Shown here one piece after another: positions 63,255 to 64,000 of a DNA stretch of 64,000 bases. The position numbers were made by a program, and so were the translations under genes. Below the pieces are notes generated by a model. That model was given only the letters and a program-made list of their open reading frames with translations. It made no database searches and was not told the origin of the DNA. Numbering within the stretch: the stretch's first letter is position 1; each line of letters starts with the position of its first letter. Source of the DNA: Isurus oxyrinchus (lineage: Eukaryota); contig JANJGN010000035.1 in assembly GCA_026770705.1 (NCBI GenBank), positions 8,494,001 to 8,558,000 of the forward strand, written 5' to 3'.

Positions 63255-64000
63255 CCATTAGACTTAGGAGCAGAAAAAGACCTTTCAGCTCATAATGTCT
63301 GCTCGGCAATTCAATGCCATCATAACTGATCGTATACTTTTCAATTCCACACTCCTGCTTTTTTCAATTACCATCCATGCCCTTACTTTCCACCTCATCC
63401 TCGAATATTCTTAAGAAGCCAGTCAGTAAAACCCTCTGCTGTAAATAATCCCCCAGATATATGCGTGTAATAGACTGCGAAATTAGTATTGGAAAAGATA
63501 GTTAATGAACAATGGCAGACGTTAAAGGAAATGGTTCTTGACTCAAAAGAAAAACATATCCTAGTGAGGACGAAGGGTTCTAGAAATGGGACAAAGCAAA
63601 GTTGGTTAAGGAAGCAAGTTAAGGATAACATTAAATTCATATAAATAAAAAAACAGAAATGTAGAACATATTAGATGTAAGCCAGATGATTGGGAAAGTT
63701 TAAAAAAAAAAACAGCAGACAATGACACAAACATTATGAAAGGGGAGATAGTAAAGTTTGATGATAAACTAGCAAGTAATATAGCAATAACATGGCAGTA
63801 AGAGCTCCTTTAAGATATAGAAGGGAAGTGAGTGGCCAAAGTGAACATAGGCCCTTTAGAAAATGAGGCTTGGAAAATGATAATGGGGAAGCAGGAAATT
63901 TCAGAGGAGTTAAATAAATGTTTTGCATCAGTCTTAAAGTTAAAATGCATTATTAGATTTACAAAAAGTATTAAATAATCAAGGGGAATGGGGAGGGAGT
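63255..64000. mobile_element. CR1 3' end (minus, ~63255-63430) abutting a CR1 ORF2 fragment (plus, ~63430-64000)
   Basis: accattagacttaggagcagaa tail in reverse. On plus, ggccaaagtgaacataggccctttagaaaatgag and ttaaataaatgttttgcatcagtc (LNxYFASV). Confidence 0.8.

Noticed and set aside
1-64000. Prokaryotic systems (CRISPR arrays, operons, defence islands), rRNA or tRNA genes
   Set aside because: Intron/repeat-rich vertebrate DNA with no regularly spaced repeat-spacer array and no long ORFs. The tRNA-like bits are SINE heads and a PBS.

Overview
Vertebrate (most likely cartilaginous-fish, judged from the CR1, Penelope, SINE and Harbinger family signatures) repeat-rich genomic DNA. It has no prokaryotic features and no long intact ORF. 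Between decayed CR1 LINEs, Penelope-like elements, a Harbinger transposon, a Ser-tRNA-primed ERV-like LTR element and a SCAN/Gypsy gag remnant, three decayed multi-exon host genes can be reconstructed by eye from splice signals. (1) A ~41-kb minus-strand pseudogene (~8.2-49.2 kb) for a mosaic receptor-like kinase, with apparent order LRR-LRRCT-Ig-MAM-EGF-LDLa-MAM-FZ-(SEA-like?)-TSP1-...-kinase. (2) A 5'-truncated minus-strand NLR (NACHT tail + ribonuclease-inhibitor-type LRR) pseudogene at ~56.2-58.5 kb. (3) Head-to-head with it, the first two plus-strand exons of an uncharacterised dynamin/EHD-like P-loop GTPase (58672-58786, 60503-60614) whose first donor looks broken. The first ~7.8 kb is an old ~3.9-kb tandem duplication. 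Domain calls come from motif recognition in frameshifted sequence and need HMM or tblastn confirmation.
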